From NCBI GenBank assembly GCA_029531755.1, contig CM055964.1:35970802-36034801 (forward strand): DNA of 64,000 nucleotides, read 5' to 3'. Source of the stretch: Holothuria leucospilota. Taxonomy: Eukaryota. Under the pieces are notes generated by a model. It searched no databases, was not told where the DNA came from, and saw only the letters and a program-made list of their open reading frames with translations. Position numbers and translations under genes: made by a program. Of this stretch, positions 13,047 through 24,256 are shown piece by piece. Positions within the stretch are counted from its first letter, which is position 1; every line of letters begins with the position of its first letter.

Positions 13047-13274
13047 AAAAACTACCAGGATGTACTTCTTTAATGACAGCTTAGGTGCTCCTATTATTCC
13101 ACAGCCCCTTGCAACCCTTACCATCCACCATCCAATAACCTCACTTACAAGCCTGCTGCAGCATCTAACCAGCCCAAAGTAAACCCTAGTTGAACTTTAC
13201 AACATGGTCAATATAACATACATAATTCTGTGTTCTCTTCATGAATTTCCACAATGCTGTTTGAAGAGACTTAA

Positions 13275-14211
13275 AGTGGGTATGACACGGCCAAGGTACG
13301 TTTCTCAGTAAATATTCTTTGGGTACAGCTTAAAATGAAACGAATGTTTTCCCGACTCAACGACGTCCATAAACACAGTAATACGACCTTGTGAATTCCC
13401 AATTACAGGCCAGACTCAGCCATCTGAAATCCAAAAGCGAAAAAAAGTATGTGAGCGCGTCTCATGATCGTGACGTCATTGGAGGCACGGTTAGTAACAC
13501 TGCACCAGGCAGCTCACCCATCGTTCTACACATTGAATCATGTGCATGCTAATGCGTGTTAGCAGGTACATCATTGCAAACACCTGTGCTACGATACTAT
13601 ACAGCAGCGCGCGTGACCAGTGACCACATTGTGAACTATTCGTCGTTGCGCGGTGACTGCTTACCATTCTCAATAGCAACCTTACTGAACAGCTCACTGA
13701 GTAAAGGCGCATTTGTTATGGACTGTCCATACATGTTCATAGCTGTTCTGTACAGCGCGCCCGGACCGCGTTCTTTTTGCACAAAAACAAAGCTGTTAAC
13801 TATGTGCAGGGAAGCTAAAACACGGGCGCATATGCACGCGAACATATTGGCCAATGATATGCTTCGAAGCCCCCAACATGTTCCGCGCTTTGCGCTCTGT
13901 ATGTTAGGCGGGTATTGTGATGTAATCCTTTTCATGAAGTTTCTAAGATATGAAACTTTCCCAAAGCGTTGTATTAGTTTCACATCTAGATACGCGTCCT
14001 TACATAGCGCAGTGCGGGGTGCCGCCAATTGCGTCATAAAAGTCAGGTGACCTGTTGCGGCATTTTTCGAAATTGGATTTCTGGACGTTTTTCTTCAAAT
14101 TCTATTTATGCCGAACTGCGCAGGTTTTAATTGTGTTTGAGATGATGCTTTAACAATACTGTACCCAATTTTGCAATACACAAAAGTTATTTTGGCCGTG
14201 TCATGCCCACT
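13275..14211 (+). mobile_element. Non-autonomous TIR DNA transposon, 937 bp, copy 1. TIR: AGTGGG(T/C)ATGACACGGCCAA. Flanked by TTAA on both sides (TTAA or TA target-site duplication)
   Basis: 5' end ttaa|AGTGGGTATGACACGGCCAAgg. 3' end ttTTGGCCGTGTCATGCCCACT|ttaa. A second full-length copy of about 95% identity, in inverse orientation, lies at 52466-53405 with the same TTAA flanks. The internal overlapping ORFs (13556..14050 +, 13636..14037 -) have no recognisable transposase motifs. Confidence 0.8.
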
Positions 14212-14774
14212 TTAAATGCTTCAAGTTCACTCTACTGCTACTAAACTGTCAATGCACTTTGAGCTTTCCCCTGGTCCTCCATATGGGCATTGTCCCTGGA
14301 ACCTAATAGGTACCCTGAGATGGGTCCCTAGACCCCACCACCATAGGGAAAGATTTGCAGTCCAGCAGTAACAAAACTGAAAACAGAGTACAAGACCTCC
14401 CTCTAAAAGCTTACATAGGAAGGGTGGTTTGAACATGTTGAACACTTCCACAATGGTCACACAAAAGACCAAACGTAGTGTGTGAGACTGTAAGGCAATG
14501 TAGGAATAATTAGTGGTGTGCTATCTTGTACACAACTGAGGACAGTAATCACACTTTGATAATCTGACAACTTCCTACTTCACTACACGGCCTTAACTAT
14601 GAAGTACTGCATAGGTATGCAGTATAACCTGCAAAGCTGACTTCTTCACTACTTGACCTAACATATGAAATACAGAGTGCATACTGTGTAACCAGCAAAG
14701 CTGACTGCTTCACCATATGCCCTAATATAATGCTTGAATCACAATGTACAGTACAAGTATAACTCACAAACAGC

Positions 14775-14890
14775 AATTACAAAGGATTGTGGGATAGAGT
14801 TTTTGGTATCCGTTGTAAATGTTAATGGCATTTTACTGTGGCCAATGAGGATGTGAACAAAAATTCTATCCCACAATCCTTTGTAATTGG
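14775..14890. repeat. Hairpin / small inverted-repeat element (25-bp arms)
   Basis: caattacaaaggattgtgggatagag (14775-14800) and ctatcccacaatcctttgtaattgg (14866-14890) are perfect reverse complements. Confidence 0.7.
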
Positions 14891-17757
14891 TATTTGGAAA
14901 AGGGCCTACGGACTCTCCCCAAATCAATGCAATCCTTACAACATAGGTTGCCAGACACAGGGTACAGTACGGAATGAACCATGTGTAGCTAGGTCATATA
15001 CAGCACTGTAGATGGGCTGTAAATCACAAACCTATGGGATCAATGGGCTGGAGTCAAATTTTGCATTGTTCAGAATTAAACAAAATATTTATTAAATTGT
15101 GCCAGAGAACTGACTTCACCTGGACCATGCTTCCTCTCCCCCTCCCTGACTCTCCCATGGCTGTGAACCTAAGGTTGTAGCTACAACAGTCGGCGTTGGT
15201 CCGGCAAACCGGCACTCAAGCTTACTGACTGCCACTCAAAGTAATCTGTTAGCTTACCGACCAGCACCCCATTTCCTAAAACTGGCGGTATATCGGAATA
15301 AAATGCATTTTGTCTTTGTCTTGTTAGCATATTCTGACTACAGATTGCAATATCTGTGGCCAAATTCCAGTGTTGCATCAGTTTAACATGCTACAAAGTT
15401 TCAACAAAAATATTTTCCTTTAGGCTCTAATATTAGCACCGATTGCACGTTCAATGCATATGGGCAAATCATGTTTCAGCACAGATCTTATAGGGCTAGA
15501 CCATGGGCGTTGATTTTGGGGGAGACTGGGGGAACATGTCCCCTCCACTTTTTTGAGAGGAGGGGATGCTAACACATTTGTCCCCCCACTTTTCTTGACC
15601 TGAAACTAAAAAGTGAGGTACCCAAAAACTAAATGTAGGCAAGTAGTGGTGAAGACATACATAGATGTTCTTAGAAAGTATTCTTCATGGCTCTTTATCA
15701 GGTCCGAAGGCTGCACGTTTTGTAACAATTCTTTCTATAACTTCAAAACAATTTTGCGTGCTACGCGCGCTTTCATCTTCAGTTCTATCTGTAAGTTGTA
15801 ACACCCGCCATTTCAAACATACTGGATTTATTTAAAGTTAAACGTTCCACAAATATTGTAGTCATGATTCTAGAGAAACACGAAAATGCAACGTTTCGAA
15901 GTTCCAACCTCTTTTTCCTATCTTTTGGAAGATTCCTTTTTCAACCTCACCATCGTGGCAAACATATTTTGCAAGAGAAAGATTTTTCAGTTTCGTCTGG
16001 GAGCCTTATTGAATAAGATCTATAAAGAATGTACTCCCTGACAAAGACTGTGTGGTCATCCTATCAAATTTCTTGGTTTGCTCTTAAGTAGAACAGATTC
16101 TACAATAATAACCCAAAATTTTTCAACTTTCTTAACGAAAACAAAAATATGACATCTTTTTCACTATAACCCCAATTTTTTCAGCACGCATTGCACGCCT
16201 TATTTTTTGAGTTCTCCATTATTTCGTCAACCCACTGCATCTGTCAAGGTTTAGAGTAGCTGGCCCCCAGTCAGGACGCTTAGCCGCACGGGCGAAGTAC
16301 AATGTGGGGCACGCACTGTTCAGAGTTACCTTAAAAAGAGGCACATGTATATGCTTCATTAGGGTTCTATAGGCCTGTAACCCCCTATGTTGGCATATCC
16401 AAGCACCACCCTGCATTCCTTTGGGCAATTAAGTATACCCCCAATTTTCCTAGCATACCCCCAAATATTGAAATATTTCGCACCATTTTGGAGCTGGGCT
16501 TCCTCCTCTTAGACTCTTTAATACCAGGAGAGTCGAGAAGTTTTAGGCCAGATGCCCCCCCCCCCCCCCAACTTCCAAAATCAAATCCACGCCCTGGGCT
16601 AGACTAAGCAGCATTAATGTGTGACGTAACGTTCATTATCCTGCACATAACGTGGCTTGTGGAAGTTATACACAGTGCTGATCAGCTACACTACTGACCA
16701 AAAGCCACTCACTCTGTGTGCAGGACTCAGTGCACTTGTATGAGACTTTAGCCGACGCTCGAACTGGGCTAGCTACAACCCTGTATATACCTGCAACTAT
16801 GTTAACCATACCAGGTTCTTACATTCAATACCTTAGTAATGTTTAATTTCCTTGCCAAATTTACAGATCTGTGTCAGTCACAAGGAACTGTGCACATTTC
16901 TAGGTTTCAAAGATTTGTTCAACAGTCTACTTCACCACAAGTACCCACTTCATACTGTGTAATGATTGACTTTGAGGGAATGGCTTTACAATAACAAACC
17001 GGGTTCACTATACCATATGGTTACTCAAAGTACAGTCTAACATACAAACTACAGTACAGATATCTGCACAAACCCCAAGATAAAGTACTGTCCTCTTAAA
17101 ATTGTTGCCATTTTTTGTCACTTGCCTACTGCAACTTGCTCAAGATTGCACATCTAATGTAAGGGCTGGATTAAAGTCAGAGTGAAGGAAAGGCCCTTTC
17201 CAATTTTAAGGGCAACTTAATGTAAGATCTTGAAGGGCAATAATATATAATAGCCCTATAATGTACTGTAAGGTTCCCTAACCACATGTACTTAACTATG
17301 CACAGTCAAGATCTCACTGTCAGAAAGGGGAACCCACGTATCAGTTTCATAAAGATAGTAGCACAATGCTTTAGGCCTTCACATTAAGTAAGTATGGTAA
17401 AATCACATTGTAAGGATTTCATTTCCTTATTCAAGGGATAAAAGTAAACTATTTATATATGGTGACATCAATATTTATACAGAGATGCCCCACTGACTTC
17501 ACAGGTTCTTGCCAATGATGTCAGTGGCTTTCAATTCATAGGATTGTTTTGATGCCAATTTATCTCACTTGTTTTTTACTATTTGTATAGCCATATTATA
17601 GTAGTAGGAGCCCGGTACTGCTGTTGGAGCCTGGGGGTTATGCATGATGCAGAATGGGTGAACCTGACCTCTTTCTCCATCTAAGTAATGAGGATTTTGC
17701 ATTTTTGAAAATATGGTATAAAACACATTTACAGTTTCAGTGGTTGACCAATGCGAA

Positions 17758-18039
17758 CAGGGCTCTATTTCATAAAAGTTAGGAATATTCCTATCTTGGA
17801 CTTAGGAAGAATTCATTCCTATCTTCATGCTGAAGTTGTTCCTAGGTTTAGGAATGATCTTTGGTAGATTTAGAAATGTTCTTAATTGATTTGGCAGGAA
17901 ATTCACAGATTAAAACAATGTCACTTTTCATTTATTCCTAAATATTTGAAGGAAGGAATGATTTTGGACGAATCATTCCTAAGCAGTTTAGGAACTTTAA
18001 TTTTAGGAATATTCCTAACTTTTATGAAATGGAGCCCAG
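17758..18039. mobile_element. MITE (~280 bp) with 32-bp TIR GGGCTC(T/C)ATTTCATAAAAGTTAGGAATATTCC
   Basis: 17761 gggctctatttcataaaagttaggaatattcctatc ... 18003 ttaggaatattcctaacttttatgaaatggagccc. Internal ttaggaa(t/c)(a/g)ttcct sub-repeats. TSD not resolved. Confidence 0.6.
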
Positions 18040-20914
18040 GTGCACAACTATGGTGTTTAGATATTTTGCCACAGAGAGATGGTACAAAAGGTTCAAGTAT
18101 AATGTATTACAAATAATTCCAGACTGTTGTAATTATTAACCCTTTGACAGCCTGACAAGTATTACTACGTATTAGGTTAATGTACCATTCACAGCCACTT
18201 ATGTATTACATATCCAACCTACCATGCTTGAAATGACCAAACTACAGTTATGAACATGCCCCCAGAAGTTGGTGCGACTTTCTGAATGACTTCTACATGT
18301 ATGTAATTTGTGTGGGTGGCGCTATTGGAATTTTTCATACCTGGAACTAGTGACAATATACCGAGCAAACAAAATGGCACCTCCAAAGCAAGTTAGACTA
18401 AGGCAGTGCATATTTTTGAATCAAGGTAGGAAGTTCTGAAGCTGGCCTCAAAGAAAAAGATAGTGAAATTGATTCATGTCATATGTCCTCGAACACACTG
18501 GGGCTCTGTCAATTATCAGGGTGCTTTTCCATATCCACATTTGCGATCTCAGGGTAGGTGAAGATCAAGCATCAGTGCAGGGACCAATTCTGCAAATTTA
18601 AGCAATCGGCGGCCATTTTGAACTGTGTTCAGCCAGAACTGCAATTTAAACAACAGTAACTGATTGATATAAATTCTACATTTTTATGTTCTGAGCAAAT
18701 TGGAATTCATTTAAGGTAAAAAGTAATGTTAGATTGCCAATAATGTCAAGAACTGTGTTAAACTAGCTGGCTGAAAAGGGCATTTATAGGAAATTTGAGA
18801 TGGTAGCAAAAGGGTTAAGAGTACAGGTATAGCATTTCAGCATGCAGTATACAATGTACAACACCATGGGTGCAGACAATGCAATATTGCCCCCCGCCCA
18901 CAACTGCTCTCAGATAACTCCTGGACAATGTCCAGATGGAAATTTTCAAGAGTGGAAATTATTCAGGTAGGAAGTACCTGTACAGGTAGGTACTAGGTAG
19001 TCATCCAGGGGGCATTTTAAACAAAAATTTTCATGTTGTCCTATGTCCAAACCCCCGGTGGCACTCTGCTGTTAAAGATAGCATCAGCCATGCAATTATT
19101 CGGGCAGCTTTTTACTCACTTTCTACAGTAACTTTGCAACCTTTCTACCCTGTCTTGTGACTACACTACTATATGACTATTATTGGCAAGGGGTATTCTT
19201 GAACCAGGGAGGTGTTAGGAAGGAGATCCAATGTTGTATACAGACTCTTTGAAGCATTGTTCATTTCCGGCAGTAAACTTGCCTTGCTTCTCAAAATCCT
19301 TATCTCCATAACCCAGGTCAACTACGATCAGTGATGCATTGTCAAAATGACAATGAGAAGACACAACCCTTATGCTTAATTCGTTAACTTTTCCTTGCCA
19401 GTCGTCATGCAAAAATGTGAAATTTTAACCTTCAGTTGTCACCTCACACTAAATATCACTTCATGTAAACTCAGCTAAGAATTTCTTTACAACTTATAGT
19501 TTGAATATGTTTCTACAAGATGGGAAAATTTGCTAATTACTGTAAATCCTGATTAAAGTTTGGTCATTGGCAGACACAAACCTCACTTCAAAGAATGTAT
19601 AAACAATGACCTTCATTTTGGGTTTACTTGGAGAGGAATGGAGGAGATCATCATTAATTAAGAGGGTTTAGTCAACAGAGACTTAACAATGGTAACAAAG
19701 AGACCTGCCAATCAAATGACAGTGCCTGAAAAGCATTAAACCATTTTCCAGTACATATTATCTGACAGATTTGGTCATTGCATCTCCTTTCTAACACCTC
19801 CCTGCTTGAACACAGGTCACAGGGCTGTAAAAATATTTTCTTTTCTCAGTAAGGGAGTCAAATCTTCCACAATTCCTTTCATATCTTCATGCACATTAAT
19901 GGTGAAATTTTCCCTCCAACTGCCAAATTTCCTGGGAAGGAGCCTCCCAGCTTCCCAACTTTCTCCATCAATCATAGGCATACCGGGTCAACATTTCTGG
20001 GGAGTCAGGGATAATTTTTGCCCAATTTATGGACCAAGTTGCCTGAATTCTGATACCGCTGTTGTCGGTTGCAAAAGGGCATAATTTATTTTCTTGGCTG
20101 TCTCATTTGCCCAAATGGATCCACTATTTTTGCCCTAATTTGGGAGGGCGTACGGTATGCCACCAATGGACAGGTCCTTGGTTCCAATGCTCTACACAGT
20201 TATCCACACCAAAATGCTTGCTCTAGCCGACAATCACATGCATAAATACTGTGCTCACCTACAGTTACGTAGTGTAAGATTTACTGTCAGTAGTGGAAGT
20301 TTAAGACCAACTTTTTTTTTTTCAGATATACTGTATGACATTCTGGTAATAGATGAGTATAAAACATGATAAACAAGGAACTTTTACACTGTTGTGTAGA
20401 ACCTGATAGCACAAGGTTTCGGTTTCCGGGTCAAAATCTGGGACTGCAATCTTCTTGGTGCACATGCTAATGTAAGGATAGGTACACATTTGTCTGCAAA
20501 TTGCACTATATGTAGTACCTGGGCATGTTCATGGACTAGCAGAGACTTCTGGAAGGCAGGTTTTCTATTTTTACTTGCATACAATCCACACCCACCATTA
20601 TTCTGCCTAACGTTCAAATGTAATGTCACCAAACACTGACCCATCCACTCTTACCATAATACAGTACCACGACATTTCAATATGTTACAGTATCTGAAAC
20701 CAGAAAGCCCAAAGGCTTAGTGATTCCTTGCCGAATGGGGATGCTTTGTTGCACTGAGGTTTATCCCTCAAATTTATCTTTCTTGACTACATCATTTTAT
20801 GTTTTAACAATTTGACCTCTGCTTACCTCACATGACCTTTGAACCCCACCAAATATAACAAAAAAGAAAATCTGAAGTGTCTTGAAAGGGATTCAACTCC
20901 AATGGATCTTGGAT

Positions 20915-21478
20915 CTTGAAAATTCTTGGAAAATTTTGCTTTTTGACCTCTGGTGACCCTAGATGACGATCTTTGGAATACTTGGGATATTTTGCTGTTT
21001 GACCTCTGGTGACTCCTGATGACTATCTTGGGAATTCTTGGGAAATTTCACTTTTTGACCTCTGGTGACCCCATAATCATGATCTTGGGAATTCTTGGGA
21101 TATTTTGCTTTTTGACCTCTGGTGACCCCATACATGTATAACAATCTTGGGAATTCTTGGGAAATTTTGCTTTTGCTTTTTGACCTCTGATAACTCCAGA
21201 TGATGATCTTGGGAATTCTTGGGAAATGTTGATTTTTGACCCCAGTGACGCCAGATTACAATCTTGGGAATTCTTGAGATATTTTGCTTTATGACCTCTG
21301 GTGACCCCATATAACAATCTTGGGAATTTTTGGGAAATTTTGCTTTTTGACCTCTGTTGACCCCATATAACAATCTTGGAAATACTTAAGAAATGTTGCT
21401 TTTTGACCTCAGTGATGCCAGATTACAATCTTGGGAATTCTTGGGAAATTTTGCTTTTTGACCTTTGGTAACCCAAGA
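20915..21478. repeat. 58-bp satellite, about 10 units. Unit: gatcttgggaattcttgggaaattttgctttttgacctctggtgaccccagatgac
   Basis: Obvious tandem periodicity. It shares ttttgacctctggtgaccccagatgac with the longer satellite, so it appears derived from it. ORFs 20959..21373(-) here are artefacts (repetitive peptides NSQD..KAKFPKNSQD). Confidence 0.85.
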
Positions 21479-22455
21479 TGACCTTTGACCTCCACCAAAA
21501 ACAATAGGGTTCTTCCTTACATCATGACAAATTTATATACCAAATATGAGAAGTCGGTCATTCCTATCTTGAGATATCGTGGTTACGAGCTTTTCAGCTT
21601 TTTACCTCCAGTGACCTCAAATGACCCTTGACCTTCAACAAAAACAAAAGGCTTCTTCCTGTCAACATGACAAATCTATGTACCAAATAAGAAAAGTGTC
21701 GGTCATTGCTATCTGGAGATATCGTGTTTAGAAGACGTTTACGAGGTTTGCGCAGTTTAACCTCTAGTGACCTCAGATGACCTTTGACCTCTACCGAAAC
21801 GATAGGATTCTTCCTCTCAACATGACAAATCTATATAGGCCATTCCCATCTTGACATATGGCGATTTCAAGGTTTTCGGTCTTTGACCTCTAGTGACCTC
21901 AAATGACCTTTGACCTCCACCAAAAACGATAGGATTCTTTCTCTCAACATGACAAGTCTATATACCAAATATGAAAAGTGTCTGTCATTCCTATCTTGAG
22001 ATATCATGATTACCGAGCTTTTCGGCTTTTTAGCTGCCGGTGACCCCAAGTGACCTTTGACCTTCACCAAAAACAATAGGCCTCTTCCTCTCAACATGGC
22101 AAATCTACTTACCAAATATGAAAAGTGTCGGTCATCCCTATCTCGAGATATCGCGATTACAAGGTTTTTTGGTTTTTGACCTCTGGTGACCTCAGATGAC
22201 CTTTGACCTCTACCAAAAACAATAGGGTTCTTCCTCTCAACATGACAAATCTATATACCAAATATGAAGTGTCGGTCATCCCTATCTCGAGATAACACGA
22301 TTACAAGGTTTTCGGTTTTTGACCTCTGGTGACCTCCGATGACCTTCGACCTCCTCCAAAAACAATAGGCTTCTTCCTCTCAACATGACAAATCTATATA
22401 CCAAATATGAAAAGTGTCGGTCAATCCTATCTTGAGATATCGCGATTACAAGCAG
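21479..22455. repeat. Satellite array C: about 7 units of 125-150 bp, related to arrays A and B. Unit core: gacctttgacctccaccaaaaacaatagg(g/a)ttcttcctctcaacatgacaaatctatataccaaatatgaaaagtgtcggtcattcctatcttgagatatcgtgattacaaggttttcggtttttgacctctggtgacctcagat
   Basis: Tandem periodicity. Shared motifs with array A: gacctttgacctccaccaaaa, cttgagatat(c/t)gtg, aaggttttc(a/g)gt.tttgacc.ctggtgacc.cagat. Confidence 0.85.
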
Positions 22456-22460
22456 CGTCA

Positions 22461-22492
<32 letters not shown>

Positions 22493-22552
22493 TACACACA
22501 CACACACGACATCACCATCGCATAGATTCCTTGCCTGCCTACGGCAAGGAAT
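22461..22552. repeat. (CA)n microsatellite plus perfect hairpin GATTCCTTGCCtgcctacGGCAAGGAATC. This is the 3' module of composite element copy 3
   Basis: acaaacacacatacacacacacacacacgcacatacacacacacacacg, then gcatagattccttgcctgcctacggcaaggaatcaaaaatc. Same architecture as 10523-10600 and 12973-13046. Confidence 0.8.
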
Positions 22553-22607
22553 CAAAAATCACTCATTCTATGTCTGGGCATCCATGCTTCCACCAAAACA
22601 TACTAGC

Positions 22608-22836
22608 CAGTGTTTCCTCTAAAAAATAATCCATTGGTTCAATATACTCAATATAAGAAAATTTGGCACACGAGAAATGTCAAATTAGTGGAACTGCGTA
22701 TGGGATGGCATGTGTTATTGTTCACATTGCATCTGAATTTCTGAAAACCTATTTTTTTCATTTTCTCACAAACAATTAGTCAAATTGACAAATCATTGCA
22801 CTGAAATCACGTCATAGCAGCTTAGTGGAAACACTG
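22608..22836. mobile_element. MITE (~230 bp). TIR: CAGTGTTTCC(T/A)CTAA. 8-bp TSD. hAT-like
   Basis: cagtgtttcctctaaaaaat...cttagtggaaacactg. Flanking 8-mers are atactagc and atactggc (7/8). Related copies at 60775-60972 and 61352-61555. Confidence 0.65.
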
Positions 22837-23213
22837 ATACTGGCCATGACTGAAGTTTGACACAGTGATCAACAAAAAGGAGTCATTCTTAAATGAATCG
22901 TAGTCATATTTTAGTAAATTCACTATTCTTCATCTGCAAATATACTCAAACTTTTCTGTATTATCATAGTAGACTTATGTTGTTCTATAATGACATTATT
23001 TCCTCTGCATACCAGAAATAGGTTGTTCTCAAATTGAAAGCACCCTCAATCAGTGGCGTGTGCAGGATTTCGAAGGTGAGGGGGCACAACCTGTGATTCC
23101 CCCGACTGACATGGAGGAGTGTGACAAGTGCACCGAAGGTGCACCACGAGCGCGAAGCGCGAGTTTGCACGCGTGGGGTCCAGGCGCCAGCGCCAGGGCT
23201 CCTGGCGGGGTCC

Positions 23214-23249
<36 letters not shown>

Positions 23250-23703
23250 CCCCGGAAGCTCCTGCAATATAAGGTAATAAGACCGCCGTAAATTGGTTCT
23301 ACAGGCCTTATTGATCAGGTTTCGTTCGTTTCAGATTTTGTTCAATTCGATGTCAATGTCGGAGAGTTCAGGTCATCCAGGCTATGCGTCGTAAACTGCA
23401 GTGTGCTACAGTATGTGTCATATGCATTGACAGAACTGTACGTTAAAGATCACTAGGCCAGTCAAGAAGGCTGCTTGAGATGATCGCAAAAGTTAACAGC
23501 ACTGTTTCATCCTTAAACCTATATTATTTACCATTACAAATGGTTAAAGTGACTAGCGTGAAGGGCGAAGGGAACTTAATGGTAGTAGGCCTACCTGCAC
23601 CATGGGCCAGATATTGATACTGGTAGCATCCTGTCTGATTATTCACTGGAGGGCGATTGGAAGAGCTCTATCCTTTGGTAAACGACCAAAAAATGAAAAA
23701 TTC

Positions 23704-24256
23704 TAGACCATATCGGGGATAACATACATTTTATCGAATCACTTGGACTACCCTATGAAATAGCCAAACTTTGGTCCGTGAGTCGCTCACAAACTGACAG
23801 TACCGCATGACACACAAAAGAGAAGAACAACAACTAGCTTAGCAACTAAGCGACATGGGATGAGACTTTCGACCTCCACATGAACAATGTTCTCTGCCTA
23901 CATGCTTCGTAGTAAGGTTGGCAGGACCTGTGCTTTCTAGCAATGTGGGATGGAACTGCTGAAGATCCTGGAGTGACTGTACAGCGCGCGTAGCGCGCCG
24001 AAAAATTTGGGTTCTTTTTAAAGAAATTGTCCTCTTTCAGGCGCCGTCGGGGACTGCATACTCTATCGTATCGATTAAGACTCCCCGATGGGGCTCCCTG
24101 CCCCCACCTGGCGCCATCCCTGTTGAGTGTTCAGTGTCTCTTCAATCTTTTTCTCTTACCCTAACCCTTAAATCCCCCGACTAAGGGATTTTCCCCCGAC
24201 TGACTTCGGAAGTGGGGGGGCCAGTGCCCCCCTGGCCCCCCTTTGAACACGCTACT
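23704..24256 (+). mobile_element. Dispersed repeat family R1, copy A. Contains the GC-rich palindrome cgcgcgtagcgcgccg and ends with the CAGTGGCG-type G-rich terminus. Possibly part of a larger TIR element beginning at 23048 (cagtggcgtgtgcaggatttcgaagg)
   Basis: Shared blocks with copies at 30454-31097, 38575-39075 and 43215-43553: gaaatagccaaac..tccgtgagtcgctcac..gtaccgcatgacacac...gtgggatggaactg...cagcgcgcgtagcgcgccgaaaa(a)tttgggttc. The 3' end gggggggccagtgcccccctggcccccctttgaacacgctactg is the reverse complement of the family TIR. Confidence 0.6.

Noticed and set aside
13556-14050. 164-aa and 133-aa overlapping ORFs inside the 940-bp TIR element, conserved in the second copy (52640-53123)
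   Set aside because: They are conserved only because the whole element is about 95% identical. They have no DDE/transposase-like motifs and overlap antisense to each other. This is a non-autonomous element rather than a coding gene. An HMM search would still be worth running.
20959-21373. Three overlapping ORFs of 61-98 aa with repeated NSQD...KAKFPKNSQD peptides
   Set aside because: They are translations of the 58-bp satellite in different frames, not genes.
23060-23272. Gly/Pro/Arg-rich ORFs 23060..23272(+) and 33833..34216(-) sharing CTEGAPRARSAS..AWGPGA..RAPGGV
   Set aside because: They are translations of GC-rich terminal regions of two inverted copies of a CAGTGGCG-family element (containing the gtgcaccgaaggtgcac and cgagcgcgaagcgcgag palindromes). 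Reading frames are open on both strands because of low stop-codon density in GC-rich DNA.
10390-24180. Telomere-like ccctaa motifs (ccttaaccctaactttaac at about 10400; ccctaacccttaaatc at about 24150)
   Set aside because: These are single or double occurrences only, not arrays.
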